Shown here: in pieces, positions 18,978 through 27,519 of the stretch | Numbering within the stretch: position 1 is the stretch's first letter | How the letters are laid out: each line of letters starts with the position of its first letter | Assembly: GCA_964436855.1 (NCBI GenBank) | Contig: CAYTED010000001.1 | Location: 135,059-199,058 of the forward strand | Direction of reading: 5' to 3' | DNA: 64,000 bases | Source of the DNA: an uncultured Bdellovibrionales bacterium | GTDB lineage: Bacteria > Patescibacteriota > Minisyncoccia > Moranbacterales > UBA1568 | The notes under the pieces: model-generated | The model's input: only the letters and a program-made list of their open reading frames with translations | What the model was told of the DNA's origin: nothing | The model's database searches: none | Program-made: the position numbers and the translations under genes

Positions 18978-20231
18978 TTAATTCACAAACGTAAGCGCGG
19001 TACCGGTTTTATTCCCGCGACCCGTTCGACCGATACGATGCACATAATCCTCGTAGTGTTCCGGCACATCGTAATTGATCACATGGGTCACATTTGGGAT
19101 ATCGAGTCCTCGCGCCGCGACATCGGTCGCCACCAAAATATCCACTCGTCCCTCTCGGAAATTTTTGAGCGCTCGCTCACGTTGCCCCTGTGACTTGTTT
19201 CCGTGAATCGCGTCCGCCTTGAATCCCCGGTGATTGAGATTTTTCGCGAGCTTGTCCACACCATATTTTGTCCGCCCAAAAATGAGTACCTTCTTGAATG
19301 CCGGACCGTTCAGGATATCGTGCAATTTTTCAATTTTTTCTTCACCCGGTTCCAGTCTCACAATATCTTGATCCACATTTTCCGATGTCGGACGGGTTTT
19401 CACTTCGACACGAATCGGATCGCGGAGAAATTTCGTTGCAAGCTCGGCGATTTCTCGCGGCATGGTTGCCGAAAAGAAAAGCGACTGCCGATCCTCCATC
19501 AAGAGGTCAACAAGATATTTGATGTCTCGGATAAATCCCATATCAAGCATTCGATCCACCTCATCCAAGACAACATTATTAAACTTTGAAAGATCGAGGA
19601 CTCCGCGTTCTTCCAAATCCTTCAATCGCCCCGGCGTACCAATCACAAAGCTCGGATAACCGGACAACTGCTTGATCTGCCGACCGATATTGGCCCCGCC
19701 GATACAGAGCGCCGATCGGAGTCCGGATCCTTTGGAAAAATCACGGAACTCTTCTTCGATTTGTATCGCGAGTTCACGCGTCGGAACGACAATGAGCGCT
19801 TTTTCCCGCTTGTGATGAAACGTCTTATCGATCAGCGGAAGAAGAAACGCGGCAGTTTTTCCGGTACCGGTATTCGCGATACCGATCACGTCTCGACCTT
19901 CAAGAATTCGCGGGATGGCTCCGTCTTGAATCGGTGTCGGATGTACATAGCCTTTCGCAACAATATTGTCCTTCAATTTCTTGTGGATATCGAAATCCTC
20001 AAAACGATGCTTTGGATCATACGGTTTTGTCTCTTCCGTTTTGATCGCTTTTTTCACGAATTGCGAAAAATCAATCACTTCTTTTTTACGACTATTTCCC
20101 TTATGGTTTTTCCGCCCGGAAAATCCGGCTTGCCCGGGAAGGTGTCCAAATTTTTTCCGACCATCGCCAAATCCGGACGATCTCTTCGCTCCGAAACGAC
20201 TGCTATTCCCGTTCTTTCTTTTATCAAACAT
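18978..20231 (-). CDS. DEAD-box RNA helicase (RhlE-like)
   Basis: PTPIQ, ANTGTGKT, PTRELA, TPGRL, DEVD, SAT, ARGLD, HRIGRTGR. Confidence 0.93.
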   Translation of the reverse strand: MFDKRKNGNSSRFGAKRSSGFGDGRKKFGHLPGQAGFSGRKNHKGNSRKKEVIDFSQFVKKAIKTEETKPYDPKHRFEDFDIHKKLKDNIVAKGYVHPTPIQDGAIPRILEGRDVIGIANTGTGKTAAFLLPLIDKTFHHKREKALIVVPTRELAIQIEEEFRDFSKGSGLRSALCIGGANIGRQIKQLSGYPSFVIGTPGRLKDLEERGVLDLSKFNNVVLDEVDRMLDMGFIRDIKYLVDLLMEDRQSLFFSATMPREIAELATKFLRDPIRVEVKTRPTSENVDQDIVRLEPGEEKIEKLHDILNGPAFKKVLIFGRTKYGVDKLAKNLNHRGFKADAIHGNKSQGQRERALKNFREGRVDILVATDVAARGLDIPNVTHVINYDVPEHYEDYVHRIGRTGRGNKTGTALTFVN

Positions 20232-20384
20232 AACTTCTCCTTAATGATGAAATATCCTGCACGTGAGATTCAATAGGCTCCAACCTCCTCTCCTCCGCGC
20301 AGAAAAGCTTCACACTCACAAGAAGAAAAGTAAGCTACCTCGAACAATCTGAGGAAGTACAAGTATTTAATTAAAGCAAAAAAA

Positions 20385-20921
20385 TCATTCGTTGTCAATG
20401 GATTCCTTCGGCATAAGATATTCTCTCCAAGAGAAATACCAAAAAATTCCGCTTATACAAAGCAAAAAGATGAAAGAAAGGAGCGACCATTCCGGAATGG
20501 AAAGCAAGAGAAGCGTCCACCCCTGTTCAACACAGCTTACCGACGGATGAAAAAGATTCGCGACCACATCCGAAAGAGAGATTATCCATGGCGGCGCGCA
20601 CACCGTTCCCGGCGGCGGAGGGAAATGCTGCATCCATACCTGCCGTGCTGCTATCGATCCGCCAATAATCGAAAAAAATGCGATTCCGATCCCGAATGCC
20701 ACTCTTCGAAAGACATGCCCCGATGAAAAAAATCCCCCGAAAAGTGCGGTGAATCCGATAAGAAAGAAAAATATTCTCTGTAAAACACATAAAGGACATG
20801 GAGTGAGCCCCACAAAATACTGCAACGCAAAGCCAACTCCGAGAAGAGCAAAACAAAACCCCGAAATCAAAAGAAAAAATCGCTTCGGTTGATCAAAAAT
20901 AGAAAAAAGAAATGACATCAT
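20385..20921 (-). CDS. dsbB: Disulfide bond formation protein B
   Basis: PCPLCVLQR in a four-TM protein, second Cys pair, LSIPEWS. Confidence 0.9.
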   Translation of the reverse strand: MMSFLFSIFDQPKRFFLLISGFCFALLGVGFALQYFVGLTPCPLCVLQRIFFFLIGFTALFGGFFSSGHVFRRVAFGIGIAFFSIIGGSIAARQVWMQHFPPPPGTVCAPPWIISLSDVVANLFHPSVSCVEQGWTLLLLSIPEWSLLSFIFLLCISGIFWYFSWREYLMPKESIDNE

Positions 20922-20969
20922 CGTTCCTTGAAGATAGCACGAAAAACAAAATGGGAGTATACTCGGGGT

Positions 20970-21104
20970 GAAAAGCCTTCAGAATGGAGAGCGCATATCG
21001 CTTCGGTGATACCAATTGGGATCCACCTGATGTTCAGGGAAAAGTATTTTTCCGACACTATTACTCGGGAACCCAGATCCGCCCTCCTGCATTGAGGGCT
21101 TTTT
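20970..21104 (+). ncRNA. Candidate 6S RNA (rod-shaped RNA with central bubble)
   Basis: Ends pair (AAAAGCCTTCA/TGAGGGCTTTT; GGAGAGCG/CGCCCTCC). Inner helix TTGGGATCC/GGAACCCAG, terminal stem GGAAAA/TTTTCC, and a c(UUCG)g hairpin in the bubble. A TATACT -10 box lies at 20958-20963. Confidence 0.55.
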
Positions 21105-21116
21105 GTATCCAAAAAA

Positions 21117-21650
21117 TTACCGAAGAGAATATCGACAACCGCAATAATTTTGCCGATATATTCCTCTCTCACGAACCATATTTCTCGCCGTTGATTCGCG
21201 TCCTTTTTTCTTCCAATCCTCCGCATAAAACAAAAGTCCGTATCGCCCCGCGGCCGCCTCACCTATCGGGAAAATCACCTTCGCGCTTTTGCGACTTCCC
21301 ATGGTAAGCGTCGTTCCAAACAATGCAAACCCCCGCTCCTTTGCCTCACGTGCCGATCGATCGAGTCGCATACCGATACAGGTGAAGCAACGCTTGCCCT
21401 GCTCGGGTTCACCCTCAAGTCCGCGCACTCGCTCGTCCCACTCCTCCGGACGATAGTCAAGATCAATCATAGGAATCTCCCATTCCTCGCACACTCGTAC
21501 CACTTCTCGCTTCCGCCGAATATACTCCTCTTCGGGAAAAATATTTGGATTAAAAAAAAGGACACTCAAAGAAAATGTCCGACGAAGCTCATCGATCACC
21601 GCGATTCCACACGGAGCGCAACAGGTATGCAGAAGAAATGTTTGCCGCAT
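21117..21650 (-). CDS. queH: Epoxyqueuosine reductase QueH
   Basis: LLHTCCAPC, FNPNI.P..EY, RC..C..MRL, YRQNYCGC.YS. Confidence 0.92.
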   Translation of the reverse strand: MRQTFLLHTCCAPCGIAVIDELRRTFSLSVLFFNPNIFPEEEYIRRKREVVRVCEEWEIPMIDLDYRPEEWDERVRGLEGEPEQGKRCFTCIGMRLDRSAREAKERGFALFGTTLTMGSRKSAKVIFPIGEAAAGRYGLLFYAEDWKKKGRESTARNMVRERGIYRQNYCGCRYSLR

Positions 21651-21659
21651 AATTTCGTG

Positions 21660-22655
21660 TCAACCGATAAAAAACCCGATCAAACAAAGAAACGCGAACA
21701 GCTCTTGCAATACAACGGTTCCTCGACTGACGGTAAAAAACGCGTTTTGTTCCGTCCGATCAACTCGCTCGAAAACACTTTTTCCGAGCCACACCGCAAG
21801 TGGCAAAGAGAGAAAAACGAGCCCGCACCACAAGGGAAGAGTACGCAAGAAGATACCAAACAAAAAAATTACATACGCCAAAAGAAGTGTCGTCATATAA
21901 ACCCACGCCGACACATGCGACCCCAAGCGAACAACCACAGTCCGCTTGCTCGCAGCCGAGTCGGCAAAGCGATCCGGGACTTCATTGATAAGAAGAATAT
22001 TCATCGTCAAAAGCCCCAAGGGAAGTGCTACAAACCAAATATCCGAACCCCACTCACCCGCCTGCAAAAGATACGCACCCCCGACAACGAGCGGGCCGAA
22101 AGCAATCGCCACCGCGAGCTCTCCAAATCCCCGATACGCAAACGCTACCGGACGAGTCGTATAAAAAAACCCGAGCCCGACGCCCAAAACACCAAGCCAC
22201 AGCCACTCCCACCTCCCCGAGATCTGCACAAAAGTAATCCCCGCAGTACAGGCGATCCCAAAACACAGAAGAGCAGCGAGTAAAACCGATTGAGGCGCGA
22301 GCTCCCCTTTTTGTATCACCCGACTTCCTCCATTAAAAACCGTAAACACACTATTTGCTTCATCATTCCCCGAAAGATGATCAAAATAATCATTGGCAAT
22401 ATTGGCTCCCAAGTGTGCCGCAGAGACAATGACGATCCCGAAGAAAAACGCATTCCAGTCAAACAATCTCGATTGCGAAAAAGCAAATGCCGCACCAACA
22501 ATCGCCGAAAGAATCGTCACACTCAAAAACGGAAGTCGACACACCCGCATCCACGCAGAAAAAGATGAGGAAAACGAATGAACCCGATCGGATGACCGCA
22601 TAAAGACCATAGATGAGATGCCAAAATGCACTTCTCCAGTATACGATGTTTTCAA
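21660..22655 (-). CDS. menA: UbiA-family prenyltransferase, MenA-like (DHNA polyprenyltransferase)
   Basis: ANIANDYFDHLSGND, GGSRVI, YRGFGE, ILLINEVPD..D..SKRT, multiple TMs. Start codon uncertain. Confidence 0.8.
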   Translation of the reverse strand: MKTSYTGEVHFGISSMVFMRSSDRVHSFSSSFSAWMRVCRLPFLSVTILSAIVGAAFAFSQSRLFDWNAFFFGIVIVSAAHLGANIANDYFDHLSGNDEANSVFTVFNGGSRVIQKGELAPQSVLLAALLCFGIACTAGITFVQISGRWEWLWLGVLGVGLGFFYTTRPVAFAYRGFGELAVAIAFGPLVVGGAYLLQAGEWGSDIWFVALPLGLLTMNILLINEVPDRFADSAASKRTVVVRLGSHVSAWVYMTTLLLAYVIFLFGIFLRTLPLWCGLVFLSLPLAVWLGKSVFERVDRTEQNAFFTVSRGTVVLQELFAFLCLIGFFIG

Positions 22656-22672
22656 AAATACGCGAGTCTACA

Positions 22673-22701
22673 TTGCAAAGAAAGCATCTTTTTGGTATAT
22701 T
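22673..22701 (+). promoter_or_regulatory. Sigma70 promoter of the tRNA cluster
   Basis: TTGCAA-17 bp-TATATT about 50 bp upstream of tRNA-Ala. Confidence 0.55.
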
Positions 22702-22751
22702 CTTCGGAGTATATTCCCTTCGGAGATCTCTTGAGGAAGGTTTCTCTCTAG

Positions 22752-22824
22752 GGGCCCGTAGCTTAGTTGGTAGAGCACCGCATTTGCAATGCGGGGGTCA
22801 GCGGTTCGAATCCGCTCGGGTCCA
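22752..22824 (+). tRNA. tRNA-Ala (TGC)
   Basis: Cloverleaf with anticodon arm CCGCA-TTTGCAA-TGCGG, G3:U70 pair and GGTTCGAATCC T-arm. Confidence 0.96.
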
Positions 22825-22906
22825 CACGGTGCCGAACAAGAAAATTCCAGGCCTTGATTTTTTTGTTCTGTCATTGTATTCTGAGTTGGATTCTTTTCTC
22901 TCTTTT

Positions 22907-22980
22907 GGGTGATTAGCTCAGGTGGTTAGAGCGCGACACTGATAATGTCGAGGTCCCAAGTTCGAGTCTTGGATCACCCA
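22907..22980 (+). tRNA. tRNA-Ile (GAT)
   Basis: GGGTGAT/ATCACCC acceptor stem; CGACA-CTGATAA-TGTCG anticodon arm. Confidence 0.96.
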
Positions 22981-23003
22981 CAGTCCTTCAAATGGACTCA
23001 TAC

Positions 23004-23077
23004 AGCGGGGTGGAGCAGTCTGGCAGCTCGCCTGGCTCATAACCAGGAGGTCGGTGGTTCAAATCCACCCCCCGCAA
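23004..23077 (+). tRNA. Initiator tRNA-fMet (CAT)
   Basis: GCGGGGTGGAGCAG 5' end typical of initiators, unpaired 1:72 position, CCTGG-CTCATAA-CCAGG, TTCAAAT T-loop. Confidence 0.9.
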
Positions 23078-23099
23078 CAAAAGAATAGCGCGAACAAGA

Positions 23100-23173
23100 G
23101 GCAGGGTAGCTCAGCTGGTTAGAGCACAGCACTCATAACGCTGAGGTCGTGGGTTCGAGCCCCACCCCTGCTA
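23100..23173 (+). tRNA. tRNA (CAT): elongator Met or lysidine-type Ile2
   Basis: GGCAGGG/CCCTGCT acceptor stem; CAGCA-CTCATAA-CGCTG anticodon arm. Amino-acid identity cannot be resolved by eye. Confidence 0.88.
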
Positions 23174-23204
23174 CTTGAAGTCCGGTATCTGTGGCAAAAT
23201 AAAT

Positions 23205-23639
23205 ATGAGATCACCTGAAGGAAATATCGGAAATCCCCCTCTCCATTCCCGCGAAAGAAAAGGAGTGATTTCCAGGGAAGTCTCTTTCAAAGGATCTCCG
23301 ACATGGACAAGAAGAGAAAAGACCGCCGACAGCACCGCTCTCGAACAACCCATTACCGCCGACTCACTTGTTTCTCTTTTTACCAAAAGTGAAATTGGCG
23401 GAGATCTTTCACTCAAAGCCGCATTCGTAGCATTGGTTCAGGAATCAAATCTCGAACCGGAAACACTCACCGCTCTCAAGCAAAAACTCTCGTCGAGCGA
23501 CGTATCCGGACGAACCATGATTCTTGAATGTATGCGTGAATACCTCTCTGCATTGAGAAGCACAGCAAGCGACAAGTCAAAACGACTTGCTGCCGCCCGG
23601 ACCCGGTTCTCCGAAAGTACAAAAGGTTTTCTTCATTAA
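23205..23639 (+). CDS. Hypothetical protein within the tRNA cluster
   Basis: 144-aa ORF from ATG 23205 filling the gap between two tRNAs; no recognisable motif. Confidence 0.6.
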   Translation: MRSPEGNIGNPPLHSRERKGVISREVSFKGSPTWTRREKTADSTALEQPITADSLVSLFTKSEIGGDLSLKAAFVALVQESNLEPETLTALKQKLSSSDVSGRTMILECMREYLSALRSTASDKSKRLAAARTRFSESTKGFLH

Positions 23640-23664
23640 AAATTGAAAATTTTGCAAAATTATT

Positions 23665-23741
23665 GGGGACGTAGCTCAGCTGGTTAGAGCGCCACACTGT
23701 CACTGTGGAGGTCGCGGGTTCGAGTCCCGTCGTCCCCGCCA
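23665..23741 (+). tRNA. tRNA-Asp (GTC), CCA encoded
   Basis: GGGGACG/CGTCCCC acceptor stem, G discriminator plus CCA, CCACA-CTGTCAC-TGTGG anticodon arm. Confidence 0.96.
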
Positions 23742-23746
23742 AAATC

Positions 23747-23771
23747 AAAACCCCGATCAGATCGGGGTTTT
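23747..23771. terminator. Intrinsic terminator after tRNA-Asp (possibly bidirectional)
   Basis: AAAACCCCGATC-A-GATCGGGGTTTT perfect inverted repeat. Confidence 0.8.
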
Positions 23772-23809
23772 CATAAGATATGCGAAAAAATCTGCATCTT
23801 TTCTATTTT

Positions 23810-24193
23810 TTATTTCTGTAACATTTCAAGCTGGCTCCGTATTTCTTCCGAAGTTAACGCGGGCTGCTTGCTTGTCTGACCCGTCTTTTCCAATACTTCA
23901 AGCTGCTTGTCTATTTTTTCCGCCGACGGAGACGCCGACGCATCCCCGTTCGAATCGACCGACTCAAGTTGCTCGAGTTGTTTTTGTATCTCTTCCGACG
24001 AAAGATGGCCACCCTCCTTTTGTGCCTCTATCTTCTTTCCATACATCATGACATCGTTATCGGCTCTACGATTTTTAAATGCAACCACCACCCAAACAAC
24101 CACGCCGACCATCAGCGCAAGTAAAACAACAAGCAACCACTTGAGTTGCGGACGATTCAGAGAATTATGAGATGTTTCATCCTGAACAAACAT
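23810..24193 (-). CDS. Single-pass membrane protein with three short helical repeats
   Basis: TM helix followed by SSEEIQKQLEQLE, SAEKIDKQLEVLE and TSEEIRSQLEMLQ. Confidence 0.7.
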   Translation of the reverse strand: MFVQDETSHNSLNRPQLKWLLVVLLALMVGVVVWVVVAFKNRRADNDVMMYGKKIEAQKEGGHLSSEEIQKQLEQLESVDSNGDASASPSAEKIDKQLEVLEKTGQTSKQPALTSEEIRSQLEMLQK

Positions 24194-24256
24194 ATATTTT
24201 CTGTTTTTATTTATACATATTCAGTATATATCAAAAAGAAAAAAGAGTAATCCCCC

Positions 24257-25732
24257 CTACCCTTGTCCCAATTTTTTCTTCAAGAGATCGAGCACCATTT
24301 TCGGATTTGCTTTTCCTTTCGTCTTCGCCATCGTCTGTCCCATAAGGTATTGCAACGCATTTTGCTTCCCCGATCGAAAATCGGCAACGGACTGTTCATT
24401 TTCCAAAAGCACCGTATCGACTGCCCCCTCAAGCTCATTCTCATCACTCACCTGTGAAAGATTCAATCGCTCCACAATATGCGACGGATCATTATCACCG
24501 CCCCGATACATTTCGGCAAGCACCGCCTGCGCCGCACTCGAATTGATTTTTCCATCAACAACAAGCCCGATAAATTCCGCATAATTCTCCGGTGTGAAAG
24601 GAATGTCTCGCGCGGACTCCTCCCGTTCAGAGAGGTGTTTTCGAATCTCCGTCAGCATATAGTTCGCCGCAAGCTTCACGGATTTCTGAATATCCGCGGA
24701 GAGTTCTCCGCTTTCGATTTTCTCCGCAATCTCGCTCGCCGTATTTTCAAAAAATTCAGAAAATTCTCGATCCTCGGTAAGAATCACGATATCCGCTTCC
24801 GGCAATTTATACTGCTCTATAAATCGCCACTGTTTCGCATCCGGCAATTCCGGGAGCGATTGTTCAAGTTTCGCAATTTCTTCATCTGAAAACTCAAATG
24901 GTGGAATATCCGGCTCCGGGAAATACCGATAATCATGCGCGGATTCTTTTTTGCGTTGTGAAACCGTCTCGCCGCGATTTTCATCCCAACCGCGAGTCTC
25001 CTGAATGATTTTCCTCCCCGCCTCCAATTCTTCTGTTTGTCGCGCGATCTCAAACTCAATCGCTCGCTCCACGACCTTAAAAGAATTCAGATTTTTGATT
25101 TCCACTTTGGTTCCCGACAATCGATCCGACCCCTCGGGATAGAGAGAAATATTCACCTCGCAACGCATCTGACCCTTCTCCATATCCGCGTCCGACGCAT
25201 CAAGATATCGCAAAATCTGCCGCAACTTCTGACAAAATGCCCGCGTATCTTTTCCAGTTTCAAAATCCGGTTCAGTTACAAGCTCCATAAGTGGCACGCC
25301 CGCACGATTATAATCAACAAGCGTGTATTCTGATCCGGTTGGATGCATCGACTTTCCTGTATCTTCTTCGAGATGAATACGTGTAATACGAAACTCTTTC
25401 CCATTCACCACAAGCTTTCCCTTCTCACAAAATGGTTCATCGTACTGGGAAATCTGATATCCCTTCGGAATATCCGGATAAAAATAATTTTTTCGATCAA
25501 ATTTGGAATGCTTGCGCAGCGTACACGAAAGCGCAAGCCCCACACGCTGCACAAGTTCAATCGCCTTTCGATTCGGCACCGGGAGCGTCCCGGGCTGCGC
25601 GGTACAAATAGGACAAATATGTACGTTTGGATTCTTTTCCAAGCCAAGCCCGTTTTTACACGCACAAAACATCTTGGAGTTCGTTTTCAACTCCGCATGA
25701 ATTTCCATTCCAATGGTAACGCCGTACTGCAT
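24257..25732 (-). CDS. gatB: Asp-tRNA(Asn)/Glu-tRNA(Gln) amidotransferase subunit B
   Basis: IGMEIHAEL, FDRKNYFYPD, IHLEEDTGK, NRAGVPLME, YRYFPEPD. Confidence 0.97.
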   Translation of the reverse strand: MQYGVTIGMEIHAELKTNSKMFCACKNGLGLEKNPNVHICPICTAQPGTLPVPNRKAIELVQRVGLALSCTLRKHSKFDRKNYFYPDIPKGYQISQYDEPFCEKGKLVVNGKEFRITRIHLEEDTGKSMHPTGSEYTLVDYNRAGVPLMELVTEPDFETGKDTRAFCQKLRQILRYLDASDADMEKGQMRCEVNISLYPEGSDRLSGTKVEIKNLNSFKVVERAIEFEIARQTEELEAGRKIIQETRGWDENRGETVSQRKKESAHDYRYFPEPDIPPFEFSDEEIAKLEQSLPELPDAKQWRFIEQYKLPEADIVILTEDREFSEFFENTASEIAEKIESGELSADIQKSVKLAANYMLTEIRKHLSEREESARDIPFTPENYAEFIGLVVDGKINSSAAQAVLAEMYRGGDNDPSHIVERLNLSQVSDENELEGAVDTVLLENEQSVADFRSGKQNALQYLMGQTMAKTKGKANPKMVLDLLKKKLGQG

Positions 25733-25746
25733 ACTTTCAAATTAAA

Positions 25747-26172
25747 TCAATGCGATCCTGTGCTCCCAAACCCATTCGATCCGCGATCGCTTTCCGGTAA
25801 ATCAGTTACTTCTTCAATATCCGGATGTTCCACTTTTTGAATAAGAATCTGTGCTACTTTTTCTCCTGCAGAAAACGACAATGTTTCATGAGAAAGATTT
25901 TTTGCAATCACCACAACTTCTCCTCGATATCCAGCATCGATCACCCCACCCATCACCTTCAGGCCTTTTTTCAAAGCGACTCCCGATTTGTCCCATATCA
26001 ATCCAACATACCCTTCCGGAATCACAAACGCAAGACCAGTCGGAATTCCCTTGCGATCCCCTGATAAAAACTCAATTGCCTCCCGAGAACAAAGATCCAA
26101 TCCTGCATCACTTGAAAGTGCAAACATTGGAATTTTCGCTTCCGGAAAAAGTTTTTTGACGAGAAGTTTCAT
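25747..26172 (-). CDS. dut: dUTP diphosphatase
   Basis: DAGLDL, KSG, GVIDAGYRGE, KVAQ, RGSNGFGSTG. Confidence 0.95.
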   Translation of the reverse strand: MKLLVKKLFPEAKIPMFALSSDAGLDLCSREAIEFLSGDRKGIPTGLAFVIPEGYVGLIWDKSGVALKKGLKVMGGVIDAGYRGEVVVIAKNLSHETLSFSAGEKVAQILIQKVEHPDIEEVTDLPESDRGSNGFGSTGSH

Positions 26173-26188
26173 GCTTTATATATATCCT

Positions 26189-26890
26189 TTATATTACTTT
26201 TGCAACTTCATTCCAAACCATTTCTGCAATAATTTCACGCGAAAGCAATTCTTTCTTCCGAGTACATGTAATTTTCACCCAAGTATTATTTTCCTGTACG
26301 AGCTTCATGGCACTCTTTCGAGAATCATCAAGATGTTTATGATTTGATTCAGCAACATCTTTTTTACCTCGAACAAAGCGATTCTGCGAAATCCCTTGTT
26401 TTTTTTGGCTCAACAATTCGTCAGAGACCTCTCTTGGTACATCAAGATAAAGAATAAGATCTGGTCGTGGCAACTGAAAAATACCAAATTCCATTCGGTT
26501 GAGCCATTGTAAAAATTCTTTTCGCTTCTTATAACTATGAATCTTTCCGCCTTGGTGCATTTGATTCGCACTCACATACCTATCACACACAACAATGTAT
26601 CCGTTTTGAAGCCATTCTTCTATTTTCTTTTTTGACTCAAAACGATCAGCTGCATAGAGTACCGACGCGATATGAGGATCGATCGAAAGAAAATCACCAT
26701 ATTCCCCCGAGAGACATCTCCCGATAAGTTCTCCAAAAAAATTATGTTCGTATCGTGGAAAATCAATAGTTTTTACTCGTCTCTTCTCTTTTTGTAACCG
26801 ATTCACAAGAATTGACACCTGCGTCGCTTTTCCTGAACCATCTGCACCATCAACAACAACCAAAAATCCCTTCTTTGATTTCTTTCCCAT
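26189..26890 (-). CDS. tmk: Thymidylate kinase
   Basis: VVDGADGSGKATQ, FPRY, LYAADR, CDRYVSAN, PDLILYLDVP. Confidence 0.88.
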   Translation of the reverse strand: MGKKSKKGFLVVVDGADGSGKATQVSILVNRLQKEKRRVKTIDFPRYEHNFFGELIGRCLSGEYGDFLSIDPHIASVLYAADRFESKKKIEEWLQNGYIVVCDRYVSANQMHQGGKIHSYKKRKEFLQWLNRMEFGIFQLPRPDLILYLDVPREVSDELLSQKKQGISQNRFVRGKKDVAESNHKHLDDSRKSAMKLVQENNTWVKITCTRKKELLSREIIAEMVWNEVAKVI

Positions 26891-26908
26891 ACTCTCGGAA
26901 AACAACAA

Positions 26909-27475
26909 TTACTGTGTTACTTTCTTTTTCAATTCTTCCACCATTTTGTCCACCTGCGCATACAATTCCTCCAAAGTACCGTCATTATTGATGATAAACT
27001 CCGCTCGATCTTTGAGCTCGGAAATACCCGTCTCGGTTTCAAGCTTGGCATCCTTTTCAAATTGCGCCTCCGTTTTAGTCGCATCATCGGCATTTTGTCG
27101 GCGTTTCGTCAGTCGCTCATAGCGCGTCTCAGGAGATGCCTCGATAAAACAAAAGTAAAAATGCTCGCTCGCTTCCATATGCACGATATCCGGAAACCGC
27201 CGCACACCATCGACCACGACAAACTCTTTCTCGCTCGCCTCCGCTTCAGAAAGAATCACCTTGGAGAGAATATCTTCGCCAAATCCCTTTCGAAGATGCA
27301 GCGAGAGTGTCGAGAGATTCTTTCTCGTATGTTCGAGTCCAATTCTATCCAAAATATCCCGAAGCGGCTGCGAAAAACGAAGCTTCAAAGCACCATGCTT
27401 CTCGGCGAGATAATCCCCGACAGCATCTTTTCCCGAAGCAATTTCCCCCGCTGTTCCTAAAATGATTTTTGACAT
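26909..27475 (-). CDS. P-loop nucleotide kinase (dephospho-CoA/dNMP-kinase-like), paralog 1
   Basis: GEIASGKD, RFSQPLR, VVVDGVR, RYERL..R, IINNDGTLEEL. Confidence 0.8.
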   Translation of the reverse strand: MSKIILGTAGEIASGKDAVGDYLAEKHGALKLRFSQPLRDILDRIGLEHTRKNLSTLSLHLRKGFGEDILSKVILSEAEASEKEFVVVDGVRRFPDIVHMEASEHFYFCFIEASPETRYERLTKRRQNADDATKTEAQFEKDAKLETETGISELKDRAEFIINNDGTLEELYAQVDKMVEELKKKVTQ

Positions 27476-27519
27476 ATTGTGCGCGTGTTCACATTCCAAA
27501 TTACCTCTTCCCTATCCTC

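Noticed and set aside
20918-21307. ORFs 20918..21262 (-) and 20984..21307 (+)
   Set aside because: Both overlap queH and lack motifs; the free part is better explained as a structured RNA.
22752-22980. rRNA operon spacer suggested by adjacent tRNA-Ala and tRNA-Ile
   Set aside because: No 16S or 23S sequence flanks them; this is a stand-alone tRNA cluster.
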